A stretch of DNA of 64,000 nucleotides, filler included, from Stramenopiles sp. TOSAG23-3 (lineage: Eukaryota), in assembly GCA_900128585.1 (NCBI GenBank). It is 41 parts of 41 records of this genome, joined end to end, with 100 filler letters (N's around TTAATTAATTAA, not from the genome) between each part and the next. Parts side by side here need not be neighbours in the genome. Positions count along the whole stretch, not along the records: positions 32,992 to 34,454 come from LT645819.1; positions 34,555 to 36,016 come from LT645820.1; positions 36,117 to 37,578 come from LT645821.1; positions 37,679 to 39,139 come from LT645822.1; positions 39,240 to 40,699 come from LT645823.1; positions 40,800 to 42,259 come from LT645824.1; positions 42,360 to 43,817 come from LT645825.1; 34 more parts are not named here. The stretch is one strand, 5' to 3'. Shown here piece by piece: positions 32,992-43,917 of the stretch; position 1 is the stretch's first letter; each line of letters begins with the position of its first letter. A model generated the notes under the pieces. That model was given only the letters and a program-made list of their open reading frames with translations. It was not told the origin of the DNA and did no database searches. Position numbers and translations under genes: made by a program.

Positions 32992-34006
32992 TGGATTTTA
33001 CTTGTCTACAGTAAATCTTCCAGGTGTCTGATCTCCACCTTCCTAATTCTTTTATTTCGGCGTCACTGGCTCCCCCTTCCCACAACATCGTGGCTCCACC
33101 TATTCGCCCCGAGTGTGTACTGTACGCCTCGCTTTTTATTCCTATTCGTTCCAGTGATCTCCTCAATATTTTTGTGTACCTGTTCCTCTTTAGGTCGAAT
33201 ATTTTCCTGCTTCTTTCGGATATCACACTCCGGCTTCGTGCGGACCATATCCTGCGCAACATATTCAATGGGTCCCACTTTCCTTGCCCTTTCTTCGCAA
33301 AGTGATTCCTCTCGCAAACAACTGTATGCTCAGGTAGCCCATCATTCCATCGGATCGTCTTTGTGTCTCTTAGCGTAACTGTCATGATCTTTGTCATTTT
33401 CCCATTTCCTTGTACGTCGGTTGACCAAATGTTTTCCTCTTTCAGGTCTCCCCATTCTAGGTTCAGAATTTCTGATATCCTGAGTAGTCCGAAGACTGAC
33501 AGTAGTAAGATCGTTATACTCTGTAACTCCTCCATGTTCTCCACGTCCAGCACCTTTTCCTGTTCCATATCGTCGATCATCGATACGAAAATCGGTAACT
33601 TTCTCTTCGTACCTTTTTTGTATTGCCTGTTGATTCTCTTTTTGACTTGGCTTAGGTGTATCGTAGGGTACCACTCTTCGCCATTTTCTTTGGTCGCCCT
33701 GATCAACGCGGACAGGTATGTGTTGAAGGTGTCCGCCGACTTGATTGCTCGTTTCATAGCCCCTTCCTTTGTTATTAATCTTCTTTCCGAATTCCATTGC
33801 ATCCATCCTGTCAGCCTCTTGGTCATCCTGACTCGTTCCTCGATTCCTTTTCCGAAGGTTATGTGTCGGTCGTACCCTAACTCTTCGCAGTACTCGTTCC
33901 AGTTTTTAACTCCTGTTGCTGTGGATTTCTTCGTGTTTCTTGCGTATCCATGTTCCCAATTATCTCGTTCACAACGCTTCCCCAGCGCTTCTTGTCTTCT
34001 TCGCAT
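32992..34006 (-). CDS. Tyrosine recombinase (integrase) of YR retroelement, truncated just after the catalytic Tyr
   Basis: GLLRISE (R), DTKT (K), YSTHSGRIGGAT (HxxR) and LGRWRSDTWKIY (W, Y). Confidence 0.92.
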
Positions 34007-34452
34007 AATCTGTAACGTTCCTTTTTGAATGAAGAGATTTTGTTAGTGATGTTTTCAAAGTCGCTCCATCCATCTCTGCTTAACGCGTCGGCTAGCGCAT
34101 TGTCTTTTGACGAAATGTATTCCACTCTAGCGACTTTATTCGCCCCTGTCTTCCACACTTGTAGCATGATTCCTGCTCTCATCATAGCCCCAACTATTAA
34201 CCTGACGATGATAGCCATGTTCAAATCTTTCGCTCTTCCTTTCTTGAGCGCTGACGTGATCCCTTTGTTGTCGCATCGCAGAGTCAGTTTGATTTTCTTT
34301 CTCGTTAATTTCTTCCCAAACAAAGCTATGAGTGCGAATACTCCGAGGCCTTCCTTAATGTGAATCATAAGTCTCTTTTCTTCTTCGTTCCATTTGCCAA
34401 ATGCGTATCCCTCCTGGCATACCGCGCCCCATCCCCAACTTCCGGACGCGTC
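33877..34452 (-). CDS. RNase H domain of RT/RH polyprotein (C-terminal part)
   Basis: Reads DASGSWGWGA...IHIKEGLG...LRCDNKG...EYISSKDNALADALSR from the contig edge, giving the D-E-D-D catalytic pattern of DIRS1-type RNase H. Confidence 0.88.
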   Translation of the reverse strand, partial: DASGSWGWGAVCQEGYAFGKWNEEEKRLMIHIKEGLGVFALIALFGKKLTRKKIKLTLRCDNKGITSALKKGRAKDLNMAIIVRLIVGAMMRAGIMLQVWKTGANKVARVEYISSKDNALADALSRDGWSDFENITNKISSFKKERYRLCEEDKKRWGSVVNEIIGNMDTQETRRNPQQQELKTGTSTAKS

Positions 34453-34555
34453 TGNNNNNNNNNNNNNNNNNNNNNNNNNNNNNNNNNNNNNNNNNNNNTT
34501 AATTAATTAANNNNNNNNNNNNNNNNNNNNNNNNNNNNNNNNNNNNNNNNNNNNT

Positions 34556-35635
34556 GGGGATTCCGCTTCGAGCGGAAAGGCCGCGGGCAGCAAGAAGAAG
34601 GAGGGGAAACGGCGGGGCGCGCCGCGACCCCCGTCCGACGACGACGATGAGGACGATGACATGCACACGATCGACCCAAGCGGGCGAGACCGCAGGGGCT
34701 TGTCCAAGGAGGAACGGTTGGCTCGTGCGCGGCAACGTGTTGAGAAGGAGCGCGAGGACGTCGCTGTCGCACGCACGCCGAAACGGAAGGGCAAGGCGAA
34801 GGGGAAAGCGAAACGCTCCGAGGTAGACGACAACGAGGTAGCGATCTCCTCCGTGCCAGACAAGAGCAACATGCGCCAGTACCTGATGACCCCCGCGCGA
34901 CGCCGGGAAGGCATCATTCAGTGCTACATTGTACGCAAACGGAACGGCCCCTTCAAAAAGATGTACCCGGAGTACCACCTGTACTTGACCGATGGGGACA
35001 CGTTTTTGATGGCGGCGAAGAAACGGTCGCAGAACACGACCAGCAACTATTTGATATCGGCCGACCCCCAAGACATGAGCCGAAAGAGCAGCTCGTACCT
35101 CGGTAAGCTACGCTCGAACTTTCTGGGCACGGAATTCACCATTTACGACAATGGGATGAATCCAAACAGTGGCGACACATCGAACGGTTCGACTCGCGTG
35201 AGGGAAGAATTCGGTATTAGTTTGTACGCGTCGAACGTGCTAGGGTCGCGCGGGCCCCGGAAAATGCGAGTGTGTGTCCCAGTGGTAGACGAACGGACCA
35301 ACCGCCGAGTAGTGTTTCAGCCTCAAGTAGAAGCAGACGGGATGTTGGCCAAGTTCAAGGACAAAGAGAAGGACGAGCTGTTTTACATGATCAACAAACC
35401 GCCCAGATGGAACGACCAGGTAGGCGCATACGTGCTCAATTTCAACGGGCGAGTCACGATGGCGAGCGTTAAAAATTTTCAATTGATAAACCCAGACGAC
35501 CAGGAACGAGTTGTGCTTCAGTTTGGAAGGGTCGCAAAGGACAAGTTTACCATGGACTTCCAAGGGCCTTTGTGCCCGTTCCAAGCATTTGCACTATGCC
35601 TGAGTAGTTTCGATTACAAACTTGCTTGCGAATAA
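34556..35635 (+). CDS. Tubby-like protein (C-terminal tubby domain)
   Basis: IQCYIVR, FLMAAKKR, YLGKLRSNFLGTEFTIYDNG, NVLGSRGPRKM, LNFNGRVTMASVKNFQL and C-terminus FDYKLACE. Confidence 0.95.
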   Translation, partial: GDSASSGKAAGSKKKEGKRRGAPRPPSDDDDEDDDMHTIDPSGRDRRGLSKEERLARARQRVEKEREDVAVARTPKRKGKAKGKAKRSEVDDNEVAISSVPDKSNMRQYLMTPARRREGIIQCYIVRKRNGPFKKMYPEYHLYLTDGDTFLMAAKKRSQNTTSNYLISADPQDMSRKSSSYLGKLRSNFLGTEFTIYDNGMNPNSGDTSNGSTRVREEFGISLYASNVLGSRGPRKMRVCVPVVDERTNRRVVFQPQVEADGMLAKFKDKEKDELFYMINKPPRWNDQVGAYVLNFNGRVTMASVKNFQLINPDDQERVVLQFGRVAKDKFTMDFQGPLCPFQAFALCLSSFDYKLACE

Positions 35636-36116
35636 AAAACCGACCCCAACGAACCCCTTTTGCTACCCACCCACACCCACAGTCATTTTTACACGCCACA
35701 GCATCAATTTTTATAAACGTTAATAAATAAGTTAAGTATTTCCTTCCAATATATAAAGCCATGCTACTAGCATGCATGAATGAACTTATTCTATTATTCT
35801 TTCTTCTATTTTTCTTTTTTCACTTTGGCTAGACGACCGATACCGACTACTAACTTTCCTAATACCGTATTTTATATTTTATACTGTTTAAATTAGGCAA
35901 TTAATTAATTAGGCAAATAACATTATAGACACTATTTAATTTATAATCAATCTATTTATTATTATAATTTTAAAATGTGTTAGAGACTAGACTAATAATG
36001 TCATTAATTTTAAAAANNNNNNNNNNNNNNNNNNNNNNNNNNNNNNNNNNNNNNNNNNNNTTAATTAATTAANNNNNNNNNNNNNNNNNNNNNNNNNNNN
36101 NNNNNNNNNNNNNNNN

Positions 36117-36118
36117 GA

Positions 36119-36190
<72 letters not shown>

Positions 36191-36192
36191 AA
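36117..36192. repeat. (GAAA)n microsatellite
   Basis: Direct reading at contig start. Confidence 0.9.
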
Positions 36193-37239
36193 TAATAATT
36201 TTTTTAGCAAGCGAAGCTTCAATATTGCTACAGAAAGAATAGTATTATAGAAGGCAGCAATGTGAGGGGATGATTTTGCAATTATTGCATATTAATATAA
36301 ACACAGCATAAAGACTTTCCTGATTGATTGTATAAGCAAATGTACACATCCGTATTTTTTTAGTTGTCCTTAGTTGTGTACGTACAGTCGTCAAAAGAAA
36401 AGTGAACGTTCACTCTTACGCTATATACGTAGTAGTTATATAGACACTATATATTAGAAGTCATCTAATATCTTTTAGTATAATACGTACTTGGTACTAT
36501 ACAATAGCTTCTCTATAGATATCTAATAATAAATAAAATAAAACGCTTCCCTTCATTATTTCTATTGAAATGTGAATTTTATTTCCCTAACTAACCAACG
36601 CAACGCAACGCATTTGAGAAAGAAGAAGAAAACTTTCGAACGATATGGAATCACTCTCTTTTTTTTATAATTATTATAAGGTAATTTAAATTATATAATG
36701 TTAATTTTTTAATTGTTATTATATCACTATTAAATTATAGTATTTTAATATATCCTTAATATTTGGAGTTGAATTGCGCAACGAAGATCGGATGGACAGG
36801 TTCTACCCATTCCCTATCTATTCCTTTGCTATTCCAACCTATTCAGAACATCAATTGTAATTTTGATAGGAAAACCTAATGCCCATATACTTAAGCGATT
36901 TAAACCATTTCTCTTCCTTTTTATTATTATGTTTGTTTGTTGATTAAGGGGTTTTAATAGTCTTTAATACATCTTGTGTCCCTGTTGTTTTTTTTGGTAC
37001 TAAAAAAATATTATACCATCAAGCTCGCGCTTTTTTTTTCTTTCCATTATTTTATCATCAGTACTGTGTGTGTTTAAATAGTATCTACATATTGTGTTTG
37101 TCAAGTTTGGCTTTAAAACAATTATCGGTGAGAAAAGTATCATGGTGCATGTGAATGTGTACTACCAGGTAGGATTTTAGAAAAGACTATACAGACGAAC
37201 CGCAGGGGTTTGTTTGTTTCAGAAGTAATAGACGGACGG

Positions 37240-37578
37240 ATGGCGCTGAACATCAATAGTGCGCACAATAGACGTTATGGGGCCACCGGGTCGTCGTCGT
37301 CGGGCTGGGTGGGAGGGCACTTGGGGGGGCAGACTCGACTGGTTCATCCCCTGGCGCAGCCTAGTAGAAATTTGAGACACAATAGAAATCTAAACCAGTT
37401 AGCGGTTAGTGGGGAGCGCTTTTTTCTAGGTCCAAGCAGTGCGGTAAAAAACTTGAGCGTGCACGCGACGAGCCGCTTTGCCCAGTCGCAACAGCAACAG
37501 TACTCGAGCAACCGCGCGTTTCTGCAGTTCACGGGCAAAGCGAAAATACATGCACCAAGGGTGCGATCAAGATTAGAC
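37240..37578 (+). CDS. N-terminus of a hypothetical protein, 3'-truncated
   Basis: GC shift and ATG ORF open to the contig end after long AT-rich DNA. Confidence 0.45.
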
Positions 37579-39646
37579 NNNNNNNNNNNNNNNNNNNNNN
37601 NNNNNNNNNNNNNNNNNNNNNNTTAATTAATTAANNNNNNNNNNNNNNNNNNNNNNNNNNNNNNNNNNNNNNNNNNNNTTTTCTAAACTAAAAAATATCT
37701 ATTTTAAATTATTATTTGGTATTATATTAAACATTAAACAACTCTACGTAGCCGACTCAGTCCACTCAGCCTTTTTACTGGACTTTAACGTACGTACTTC
37801 TTGTATGACGTACATTACATACGAGATAACAACCACTTCTTTTTTTTAATTTTATTTAGTTGGAAAATAAAGTAATTTTTCCCACAGTGCTGTGTTGATG
37901 CTGTCGTTTCCAATCGAGTCGTTGATTTCTTCTGAAAAATAATGCGTTATAATATACATCGAAATAGTATTAGATATATACATAGACACAGCATTTATAA
38001 TGAAAGAGACGAACAGAGATTGCGAGTTCAGTATTTGTGGCGCGGAATTGGAAAATGGGACAGGACTTTGCGTTAACTATTTCAAACGAAGAGATCTTTA
38101 CGAGAAAAGAATAATTTTTTTCAATTTTAAGTGATCAAAGTGGTTTGAGATATATAAAAGTGTGGCCTTACGATTCATTTTTCTAACACACGTAAAGAAA
38201 TACGTGCTCGTTCGGGTGGCGTTTGGTCCAAATCGTCCATTTCACAAAAAATTGTCCCTTGGAACCGCATTTCCAGGTCAATGGAGGGCAAACAAATTAC
38301 AAACGTTCGTTGAAGGCCGGGCATCGTGGTCGGAACTATCGTCTGGTCTAAACTTATGACGTTAGGCGTTCCCCTCTCTTTCTTGTGTCGTTTTCTTGCC
38401 AAATTTTTTCATACTTTGAAATTCGAGTCGGATTTTTTTTCGCGCCAAGGACACCGAACACTTTCTAGGACAGGTATCTACCATCGCATTTTACTTAAAA
38501 GAAAAACATCGTCGTCGTGGATTGGTTAAAAGGAAATTCCCGTCCTTATTTCTATGTTAAACAAAATAATTACCAAAATAAATATATTAATACAATACTA
38601 CCCCTCTTATATGTCAGAGTAAAAAAAGTAACGTTGAAGTATATGTACACAGTAAAAAAAATTTATATATATATATAGTACACAGTAAATACAAACGAAA
38701 AGAAACGATTCCATCATAAATAAAAAATTGAAAACAAATTGAAATGGGAGCAAATCGATTGTTTACAAAGTTGGTGTGTATTTTCCCAATTGATGATTTT
38801 CCTTGTGGTGGGACGGAAATGGCACTTGTGCACTAAACAGGTTCAACATTTTTTTTATGCTGTATTCTTGCTGTGTCCCCTTTACTCCAACATTTTATTC
38901 ACATTGTGGCCTAAAAAAACTAAAAAAAAATTTAGACTACATTCGAGTCGTTACAAGTACCTTTAAAAAATATGCTAAAAAATTCCTGTTTTTGGATTAC
39001 ACAATGAGTACACCAAATGGTATTTTAAGGGGTTTCTGATAGGTTAAAGTGATTTTTTGGAAAATGTCTACCCCCGGATTTTCAAGAATCTCAAAAAAAA
39101 AAAATGAAAACAGAAAAAAACAATCCCCACTCGTTTCTGNNNNNNNNNNNNNNNNNNNNNNNNNNNNNNNNNNNNNNNNNNNNTTAATTAATTAANNNNN
39201 NNNNNNNNNNNNNNNNNNNNNNNNNNNNNNNNNNNNNNNGTCGTTGTTTTCCCATTCGAAGGGCGGGCGCAGCCAACCCTTGGATAGCGCCCGGAGCAGT
39301 CTAAAGGGGACCCCTCGGTCAAGTTCGTCGATTCGATCTTCCATATTCTCACCACGAAGTGACATTAGTGTTGGTGCAAGTAGTGAGGGCAGCGACTGGC
39401 ACGACTCCTCTTGGGGCAAGAAGGCAAACAGGTACGTGTACGGCAAGTAGCCAACACGAACGAGTAACTGCAATGTAACTAATCATGAAAAGGGTGGTAT
39501 CATATGAGGTCTGAAATTTAAAAAAAAAACTAATTACATATAGAGATTTTTAATATAGGATATCTTACGAAACTTTGAACGATGTGATATTTAAAAAAAA
39601 AAGCACATTTTATTTGTATGAGAGAGTACACAAAGTTTTTACGAAT

Positions 39647-40699
39647 TTACTTACACGCTTTCAGCGAAATCCACGCCAATGCGAGCGTGATCGGTACCGC
39701 AAACGAAAAATTCCAGATGGGGTACGCGGTGAGCGCCGATGGCACCAGGTCTGCACACTCAAACAATGTTTGCTGGGCTACGGCTCCCCATAAGTATACC
39801 CCCAGCGTTATTCTGTTGATAAAATTACTTCGGGGTTGGGCGTCTTTCTTTCCCGCGGATGCCGGGGGGTTTTGCGCCCCATAGTACGACACAAACAGCG
39901 ATGCGTACCACAAGAAAGGAAGCCACGACCAATAATTTGCAACGCAAGGGACGTTGGAAATTGTTATCCATGGCACGAGGGCTAAGAGGACCCGGTAATC
40001 AAGAGCGATAAACGACTGCAGCGTGCATGCCAGGGATCCGGCGAAAAACGACGTCGTGTACACGTTGGCGGCGTGGAAAGAAATACCCACCAGGAGCACT
40101 AGAACCTGGGTAGCCTCCAATTTATTTTCAGCATCATTGGTTTCGCCCGGCGTGCTGCCGCCACCGACTCGCAATTTTTTCGCCCACCCCTTGGCCAGTT
40201 GAAAAATGCACAAAACCACCCAGCACTCAATCTGCATGGGAAGCGTCCATATGCTTGCGTTGAAGGGGGTTCGGGTACCGTACACGCTGTTTATGCGCCC
40301 CCCAGGGTAAGGCCACAGCCATAGTTGGTTTTCTCCAGGGCCCGTCCCCCAACTGAATAGAAAGGAGCCTGGAATAGGCAGTACTGCGTACGACAACAAA
40401 TACCGGGGCCAAGGGTGGGCAAGGTAAGATGACAGAGGAAGCTGCGCATTGAAGGGCCCTAGGATGAGCACGGAGATCAGCATCATCATGACGTATGACG
40501 GTAGAATCCGAGTCGCCCGCTTCCACAAGAACCTCGCGACACCGTATTTCCCAACATTGAACGTGCCATAAAAACCGCTCAAGAAAAACATCACCGAGGC
40601 AGCAGCATTGGACGTCCGGAGACCTTGAAATACTCCCACAAGAGGGTCGTCGTGCCCATGGTGCGTGATCTCAAAGGAGTGGCCAAGCATGACAAGAAA
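39647..40699 (-). CDS. Acyltransferase family 3 (OafA-like) membrane O-acyltransferase, 5'-truncated
   Basis: LGHSF, VMFFLSGF, FLWKRATRILP, FNASIWTLPMQIECW and TLGVYLWGAVAQQ parallel the AT3 motifs (SHS, FF.ISGF, RR..RI.P, NGSLWTL..E, SYG.YL...P.QQ). Confidence 0.78.
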   Translation of the reverse strand, partial: FLVMLGHSFEITHHGHDDPLVGVFQGLRTSNAAASVMFFLSGFYGTFNVGKYGVARFLWKRATRILPSYVMMMLISVLILGPFNAQLPLSSYLAHPWPRYLLSYAVLPIPGSFLFSWGTGPGENQLWLWPYPGGRINSVYGTRTPFNASIWTLPMQIECWVVLCIFQLAKGWAKKLRVGGGSTPGETNDAENKLEATQVLVLLVGISFHAANVYTTSFFAGSLACTLQSFIALDYRVLLALVPWITISNVPCVANYWSWLPFLWYASLFVSYYGAQNPPASAGKKDAQPRSNFINRITLGVYLWGAVAQQTLFECADLVPSALTAYPIWNFSFAVPITLALAWISLKACK

Positions 40700-40799
40700 N
40701 NNNNNNNNNNNNNNNNNNNNNNNNNNNNNNNNNNNNNNNNNNNTTAATTAATTAANNNNNNNNNNNNNNNNNNNNNNNNNNNNNNNNNNNNNNNNNNNN

Positions 40800-41667
40800 G
40801 CATCCCACAGTACTGAGCATGGGGCATCGTTTCCATTTCAGTTTCTAGCTCGGATATTGCTTTTAAGTGATCCCTTACCTTTTTGCTCGTTTCCCGCGGC
40901 GCTGTCTCCAACGGGGCTTCCGCGCTACCCTCCGCGGCATTCTTTTGTTCTATGATTTTGTTCGCGGCCGTTATTTTGTCAAGTTCTATCCAAATTGTCT
41001 GCAATTTTTTCCGAATCGTGAACACGTGGGCCAGAACGGTGTCGTACAAGACGGGAAACCTCTTAGAGGGAGTAAATCGAACCACTACTTTCATCCTTGA
41101 ATCAGCGTTTGTTCGGAGGTTGGATTCCAAACTGAACATCTGCACCCCAAGCTCCACCTTGTCCCTCCACAAGCTGGCAATGTGCAAACCGGGCACGACC
41201 GCTTGGGCCAACACGTCGTCGGAGCCTCGCCCCTTGGTCTTTCCTACAATTTCAAACACGAGCACGCCCTGCATTAGCGCGTCGACGCTTATGCTTTTGC
41301 TCTTTGTGCCCCCGGCCTTTGCAATCGTGACGCTTCCGACCATGGAATTCCAAACAGGGTTGGCGCTGGCCTCGCAGACCGACTTCGTTCTCCCGATCAC
41401 CGTGTTTCTATTGAACCGAACAACGCACTCGGTCGTCGGCTCTATCGAAGGCTCTGCAGAGGGAATGCTGAAAGCTCTCAAGACCTCTATCATAATCTTC
41501 GTCTTCTGCGGCACAAGGGGGAAGACCCCGGGTATACCACTCTGCTCATTTATATCATCTGTCTCCCCTACCACTTCTAATAGTTTTCGAGTGAGTTTTT
41601 CTTCCACGCCGTTCAACTTGCCTATGGCCTGGTCGACTAACTCAAGGATTGGGCCAGGCTCAACCAT
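40800..41667 (-). CDS. Hypothetical protein with a C2-like domain and coiled coil, 3'-truncated
   Basis: IEVLRAFSIP...CVVRFN...IGRTKSV...NPVWN...LVFEIV is C2-like. Start uncertain. Confidence 0.55.
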
Positions 41668-42361
41668 ATCCGGAAAACAGGAGTAGAAGCAAGTGTTCAA
41701 GCGCCGTTGTTACCGCTTCGCAACAAACAGGAGTACGATGGTGGAGAAAAACTCATCTTGCCCTCTGAACCCTTGGAAAAGTCATGAATAGCATACATGT
41801 TGGCAGTCATGAACAGAGCCATTGAAATGAAAACAAAGCACCATACAAAAACAACACATACAACAACAACAACAACACAGACAACCAACAACAACAAAAA
41901 AGAAAAAGGAAATAACTTCTTCTTCTTATACTGCAACGCGATGAAAAGAGAAAAAACATTGTCAGTTTTTTTGATAAACCACCATTCTAAAACCAAATAT
42001 ATTTAGCATTATCACAGCACATATCATTTAACTATAATTTAAGGATAACTAATATATTGTATGAAAAAAGTATAACCATGTTTCCCATGTTTCCCTCACT
42101 CCTCCTCTTCTCTCCTTCCTCCTTCCTCAATAATAAAAACAACACGAAGAGAAGAAGAAAGAAGAAGAAGAACAAGAACACCACGAAGAAGGAGGGAGAG
42201 AGGAGAGAGAAATCGATGTGGTGTGATGAAGGAAGAAGGAAGAAGGAAGAAGGAAGAAGNNNNNNNNNNNNNNNNNNNNNNNNNNNNNNNNNNNNNNNNN
42301 NNNTTAATTAATTAANNNNNNNNNNNNNNNNNNNNNNNNNNNNNNNNNNNNNNNNNNNNGT

Positions 42362-42721
42362 GATGAAAATACTGCTAGTACGGATGGGAATGGACGAAAA
42401 CAAGAGTCTTCTTTGCTGCCATTAATCGCTGGTTTGCTTGCTGTTTCCGTGGTTGTGGTGGGGGGTGGTGCTGTGGTTTATAATCAAAGAAAAAAAAGTA
42501 GGAAGACCATCGTCAAGGCCAACGTTGAAACAGACGAAGATTTAAAAAATAGAAATACCTGGGATATGGACGCCATTGAGTTAAAGTCGCGAAATGTGTC
42601 CGAAATAAAGAATCCAAACAGAGACAATAGTGTTCAAAGCGGACAGGGGGCATCCCAGTTGAATCCTTTGCGAGCATCCGCTATTGGATTTACTGTTGAA
42701 GATCATATGTCTAATGTCTAA
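42362..42721 (+). CDS. C-terminus of a single-pass (type I) membrane protein
   Basis: TM helix LPLIAGLLAVSVVVVGGGAVVY followed by the stop-transfer RKKSRK and a short tail. Confidence 0.65.
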   Translation, partial: DENTASTDGNGRKQESSLLPLIAGLLAVSVVVVGGGAVVYNQRKKSRKTIVKANVETDEDLKNRNTWDMDAIELKSRNVSEIKNPNRDNSVQSGQGASQLNPLRASAIGFTVEDHMSNV

Positions 42722-43032
42722 CCAAATAAGAGTTTTTATTCGTTTCTCCGCAAAATAAAAAACAATTAAATGGACTTCAATAACAGCCATTTTTTTTTGT
42801 TTTTAGATTTAAGAACAAGAGAGATGAATGATCAATCAGACTAAATATTTAATCTGATCGACCGGTGCGCCCGTGAACAAGTACTTCGTAGGGGGGGTTA
42901 AAACATTTACAGTAAAACACATTAAAAACAAAATGTTGGCGGTTATTTATTAAAACGTTAAAGTAACTATTTTAATTTTTCTGAAGCAAATGTTTAAAAC
43001 ATGTAATAAGCGCCTTCCTTGTTCCTCCCTTC

Positions 43033-43803
43033 TTAACGCTTTCGGGGCGGCAACGTTTTCATCGGGGCCTTGCATACGGCGCACATGACATCCTCTTCCA
43101 AGTACGGGTGCGGGCACTTCTTTTCTAAAAATTGCAACGCCTCCGTTCGCTTGTACGTTCTCGCCAAGTCCAACGGGGTAAACCCTTCGTTGTCCTCAAA
43201 CGTGTACATGCAGCACCCGACTTCGTCTAAATACTTCAACGTATCGATCGCGCCGCGAAGGGCCGCGTAATGCGTAGCCCCCCGACGGTACGAATCCGTT
43301 CGAAGCAACGCCCCCTTTCCAAATGTATCGAAAATATACTTTACACAGTTCACATGCCCCCGTTCCGCCGCCCACATGACTGGGGTGGACTTTAGCATGC
43401 CATCTGGCATCTCGACCAATGCAGTAAAGACCTCCATGTTCCTTTCCAGCCCAAATGCTTCGAGTATCCCTACGTGGTTTCGCCCGCAGGCGTAGTGCAA
43501 CGACGAGGCTCCCTTGGCGTCGCGAAGCAATGGGTCGGCGCCCAAATCCAACAGCATTTGAAACGTCTCCCGGTAACCCTCCCGGGCCGCGTCCATCGCC
43601 AAACTTCCCCCAAGGTACCCGTCGTACGTTCCGTTCACGTCTAGCCCATGATTGACCAGGGACATTAATAGATGAACATCCTGCGACGTAAACGCGTCCT
43701 TTATAATTTTAGGATTTTTTGCCCCCTCCGAAAGACGCTTGCACGCCGTTTTGTCCGCCAAGCCTTCCAAAAGGCAATAATTGCAAAGGACGAATTCTTC
43801 CAT
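43033..43803 (-). CDS. Ankyrin repeat protein
   Basis: Repeats GASSLHYACGRNH, TPVMWAAERGH, GATHYAALRG and GFTPLDLA. Short CxxC motifs at both ends. Confidence 0.88.
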   Translation of the reverse strand: MEEFVLCNYCLLEGLADKTACKRLSEGAKNPKIIKDAFTSQDVHLLMSLVNHGLDVNGTYDGYLGGSLAMDAAREGYRETFQMLLDLGADPLLRDAKGASSLHYACGRNHVGILEAFGLERNMEVFTALVEMPDGMLKSTPVMWAAERGHVNCVKYIFDTFGKGALLRTDSYRRGATHYAALRGAIDTLKYLDEVGCCMYTFEDNEGFTPLDLARTYKRTEALQFLEKKCPHPYLEEDVMCAVCKAPMKTLPPRKR

Positions 43804-43917
43804 TTGGGGGGGGGGGGNNNNNNNNNNNNNNNNNNNNNNNNNNNNNNNNNNNNNNNNNNNNTTAATTAATTAANNNNNNNNNNNNNNNNNNNNNNNNNNN
43901 NNNNNNNNNNNNNNNNN

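Larger units (their letters stand above)
32992..34454 (-). mobile_element. Tyrosine-recombinase (DIRS-order, Ngaro-like) retrotransposon, internal fragment
   Basis: A DIRS-type RNase H ORF is immediately followed by an overlapping tyrosine recombinase ORF on the same strand. Confidence 0.88.

Noticed and set aside
32992-34006. Prophage or integron integrase
   Set aside because: The overlapping upstream DIRS-type RNase H and the eukaryotic context indicate a YR retrotransposon.
6316-35635. Alternative genetic code or stop-codon readthrough
   Set aside because: Conserved genes (SWR1, UBC12, PF20, tubby, ISY1) translate cleanly with the standard code, and TAA, TAG and TGA all occur at expected C-termini in this window.
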